Source: Macrostomum hystrix
Lineage: Eukaryota > Animalia > Platyhelminthes
Length of the DNA: 64,000 nt
Reading direction: 5' to 3'
Assembly (NCBI GenBank): GCA_950097015.1
Contig: CATNEN010000001.1
Location: 21,452,001 to 21,516,000 of the forward strand
The position numbers and the translations under genes are program-made. The notes under the pieces are model-generated. The model ran no database searches. It was not told the DNA's origin and saw nothing but the letters and a program-made list of their open reading frames with translations. Of the stretch, positions 61,586-64,000 are shown one piece after another. Within the stretch, counting starts at the first letter, position 1. Every line of letters begins with the position of its first letter.

Positions 61586-62317
61586 GACCACCCGGACTTG
61601 CAGGTGTCGATTTATTTTCTAACTAATTAAGCCAAAGTAGAAGCAGTCTCAAGACTTTCAACTGCACAGATGTGAAAGTTGAATTTCTAGCTGCTTTGTT
61701 GTTATTGGCAACCAAGTCTGCTGCCTCTGCCTGCCCTCGCTCTGTGCGAGGGATAGAAAACTGGAGTTAGTGAGCAAGGCAGTGTACAGTGCCACACCTG
61801 GGCTGCGGGTGATGGCTGAGGTGGGTGGCATGTACACTCACTCAGATTTTAGACTATATAGTTTGTATGTACGCTTATCTGTCTGCTGTCCACTTCGCCT
61901 TGAGCCTTGGCGAATAGATTATTCTAACAAAATGTCTATATTTCTACTTATCAGGGTGGTTCAGTAGAGTGTTTAGCATATGAACTCGTCTCTTATATTC
62001 ACCACTGTTTCACCGCCAATCATTTTGAAAGTAACTATTTACCTTGCTCGACACAGTTCTCTTAGTTAAGCAACCGACCGTCACAGCGGGTGACCGCCAC
62101 TTCTCAAGCCACTTGACAAACAGTAAAAAAGGTGTATCGTTTTGTCTGACAAGCAAAACTAATACAGAAACTCTCAGTAGATTAAAGCATACAAAACAGC
62201 GAGGCATTTGAACAATGCGCGAACAACAACAATGCTAATGAATGGGATTTTTGTCATACAAGCGACTTCCCGCTGTGTTGCCGAGTGAAGAGTTGCAGAT
62301 CTAGGGGTAGAGATTTA

Positions 62318-62331
62318 GTTGCCATGGGGTG
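62318..62331. promoter_or_regulatory. Partial X-box GTTGCCATGG in the putative bidirectional promoter
   Basis: Perfect 5' half plus ATGG; lies between the divergent CXorf58-like and Tctex1 genes. Confidence 0.3.
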
Positions 62332-62599
62332 GTTGGCACATGCCAGTCTTCGCGTTCCGAAAATAGATATTTGATGAAATCTGTGATCTGGTTCTGTACA
62401 AGTGCAGTATTTATACAAAAGACAGACAGACTGCAGAGACACTCGGTCAAATAATTGCCTTGCGATATCTGGTGCCAAAAAGCTGCTCACGTTAGACAAC
62501 AGTTACCTCAGGTGAGATGCATTTTATTGTTTTTAAGTTGTTTCTGCTCGTTATTAACCAGCTGTTGTATAATTTGTCAGTTAGACACTTGGTTGCAAA

Positions 62600-63525
62600 T
62601 GCCTGTTAAAAAGTTGGTTGCCAATACCTGTTAGACAGTGGTTGCCTATACCTGTTAGACAGTGGTTGCCTATACCTGTTAGACAGTAGTTGCCTATACC
62701 TGTTAGACAGTAGTTGCCTATACCTGTTAGACAGTGGTTTCCTATACCTGTTAGACAGTGTTTTCCTATACCTGTTAGACAGTGTTTTCCTATACCTGTT
62801 AGACAGTGTTTTCCTATACCTGTTAGACAGTAGTTGCCAATACCTGTTAGACAGTGGCTGTCTATACCTGTTAGACAGTGGTTGCCTATACCTGTTAAAA
62901 AGTTGGTTGCCAATACCTGTTAGACAGTGATTGCCTATACCTGTTAGACAGTGGTTGCCTATACCTGTTAAAAAGTTGGTTGCCAATACCTGTTAGACAG
63001 TGATTGCCTATACCTGTTAGACAGTGTTTTCCTATACCTGTTAGACAGTAGTTGCCAATACCTGTTAGACAGTGGCTGTCTATACCTGTTAGACAGTGGT
63101 TGCCTATACCTGTTAAAAAGTTGGTTGCCAATACCTGTTAGACAGTGATTGCCTATACCTGTTAGACAGTGGCTGCCTATACCTGTTAGACAGTGGTTGC
63201 CTATACCTGTTAAAAAGTTGGTTGCCAATACCTGTTAGACAGTGATTGCCTATACCTGTTAGACAGTGGCTGCCTATACCTGTTAAAAAGTTGGTTGCCA
63301 ATACCTGTTAGACAGTGATTGCCTATACCTGTTAGACAGTGGCTGCCTATACCTGTTAGACAGTGGCTGCCTATACCTGTTAGACAGTGATTGCCTATAC
63401 CTGTTAGACAGTGATTGCCTATACCTGTTAGACAGTGATTGCCTATACCTGTTAGACAGTGGCTGCCTATACCTGTTAGACAGTGGCTGCCTATACCTGT
63501 TAGACAGTGGCTGCCTATACCTGCC
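62600..63525. repeat. 24-bp minisatellite (CCTGTTAGACAGTGGTTGCCTATA)n, probably in the 5'-UTR intron (62512-63543) of the Tctex1 gene
   Basis: About 38 copies; donor CAG|GTGAGA at 62511/62512 and acceptor CCTTCAG at 63543. Confidence 0.93.
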
Positions 63526-63547
63526 TACACTGGAATCCTTCAGCGCC

Positions 63548-64000
63548 ATGGCGGAACAGGAGGCAGCCGAGAGCATCGCAGACAAGGTGCCGCCAACGAC
63601 GCATCCGGCGGTGACCGGAGCTGGCAAGCCAGCTGCTGCAGACAAGCAGCCAGTTGGCGGTGTCGGCGGGGGTCGTCGCGGCACGCTGATGGCCGCAGCC
63701 GGAGCCGGAGGTCCCAGAAGGTCCATCGCTGGCGGGCTGCTTGGCAGGGCCACGCTGATGACGCTGAGCAACCTGGCCAACAGCCGGAGGAGCAAGGCGC
63801 AGGAGGTGCGGCTGGAGAACACCTACCGGATGCTGCCGAAGCCCGAGGAGCGGCTGCGTTGCTGGCGCCTGAAGCCAATGCTGGCAGAAGCTCTGACGGA
63901 GTCTCTGGAGAAGTATGAGTACAGCCCGGTGACCGCCGGCAGGCGAGCCTGCGACATCTCGCTGACCATCCGCAACCGGATTCGGGAGGCCGGCTACGAG
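63548..64000 (+). CDS. Tctex-1 domain-containing dynein light chain (TCTEX1D1/DYNLT5-like), 3'-partial
   Basis: GCCATGG start; MAEQEAAESIADKVPP...EVRLENTYRMLPKPEERLRCWRLKPMLAEALTESLEKYEYSPVTAGRRACDISLTIRNRIREAGYE, with the ENTY..P and Y.Y.P....IS..I motifs of Tctex1D proteins; open to the window end. Confidence 0.85.
   Translation, partial: MAEQEAAESIADKVPPTTHPAVTGAGKPAAADKQPVGGVGGGRRGTLMAAAGAGGPRRSIAGGLLGRATLMTLSNLANSRRSKAQEVRLENTYRMLPKPEERLRCWRLKPMLAEALTESLEKYEYSPVTAGRRACDISLTIRNRIREAGYE

Noticed and set aside
58715-63525. Repetitive Cys-rich ORFs ([21 protein letters not shown])
   Set aside because: Translations of the 51-, 12- and 24-bp arrays
63537-63547. Trans-splice acceptor directly before the Tctex1 ATG
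   Set aside because: A good cis donor at 62512 explains it as an ordinary 5'-UTR intron

Overview
Eukaryotic (animal) genomic DNA, not prokaryotic. It has GC-rich exons, AT-rich GT-AG introns and a very high load of minisatellites. That style suggests a free-living flatworm such as Macrostomum (inference only). I reconstructed eight intron-containing genes by manual splicing: Enhancer of polycomb (EPC, minus, runs off the left end), an MBD5/6-like polyQ protein (minus), a ~25-kb multi-RGS-domain RGS22/RGSL1-family gene (plus), mitochondrial ribosomal protein uL1m/MRPL1 (plus), the voltage-gated proton channel Hv1 (plus), a 245-aa tropomyosin-like protein (minus), a CXorf58-like protein (minus) and a Tctex-1-domain dynein light chain (plus, runs off the right end). 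Non-coding content includes about 20 tandem arrays, two tRNA-derived SINE families (one with a CORE-like domain), a hAT-type MITE with an 8-bp TSD and other TIR elements. Most long ORFs in the supplied track are repeat artefacts. The best leads are: (1) three 3n+1 microexons splitting the MBD domain that restore the frame only together; (2) a 16-bp minisatellite block with its own 8-bp direct-repeat flanks inside the hAT MITE, recurring free in an Hv1 intron; (3) a perfect RFX X-box centred on the Hv1 start codon, in a neighbourhood of cilia-associated genes; (4) a microexon and alternative-C-terminus programme in the RGS22-like gene; (5) a shared TAGACA/GTTAGAC core across arrays of different period. 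Gene identities come from recalled family motifs, not database searches.
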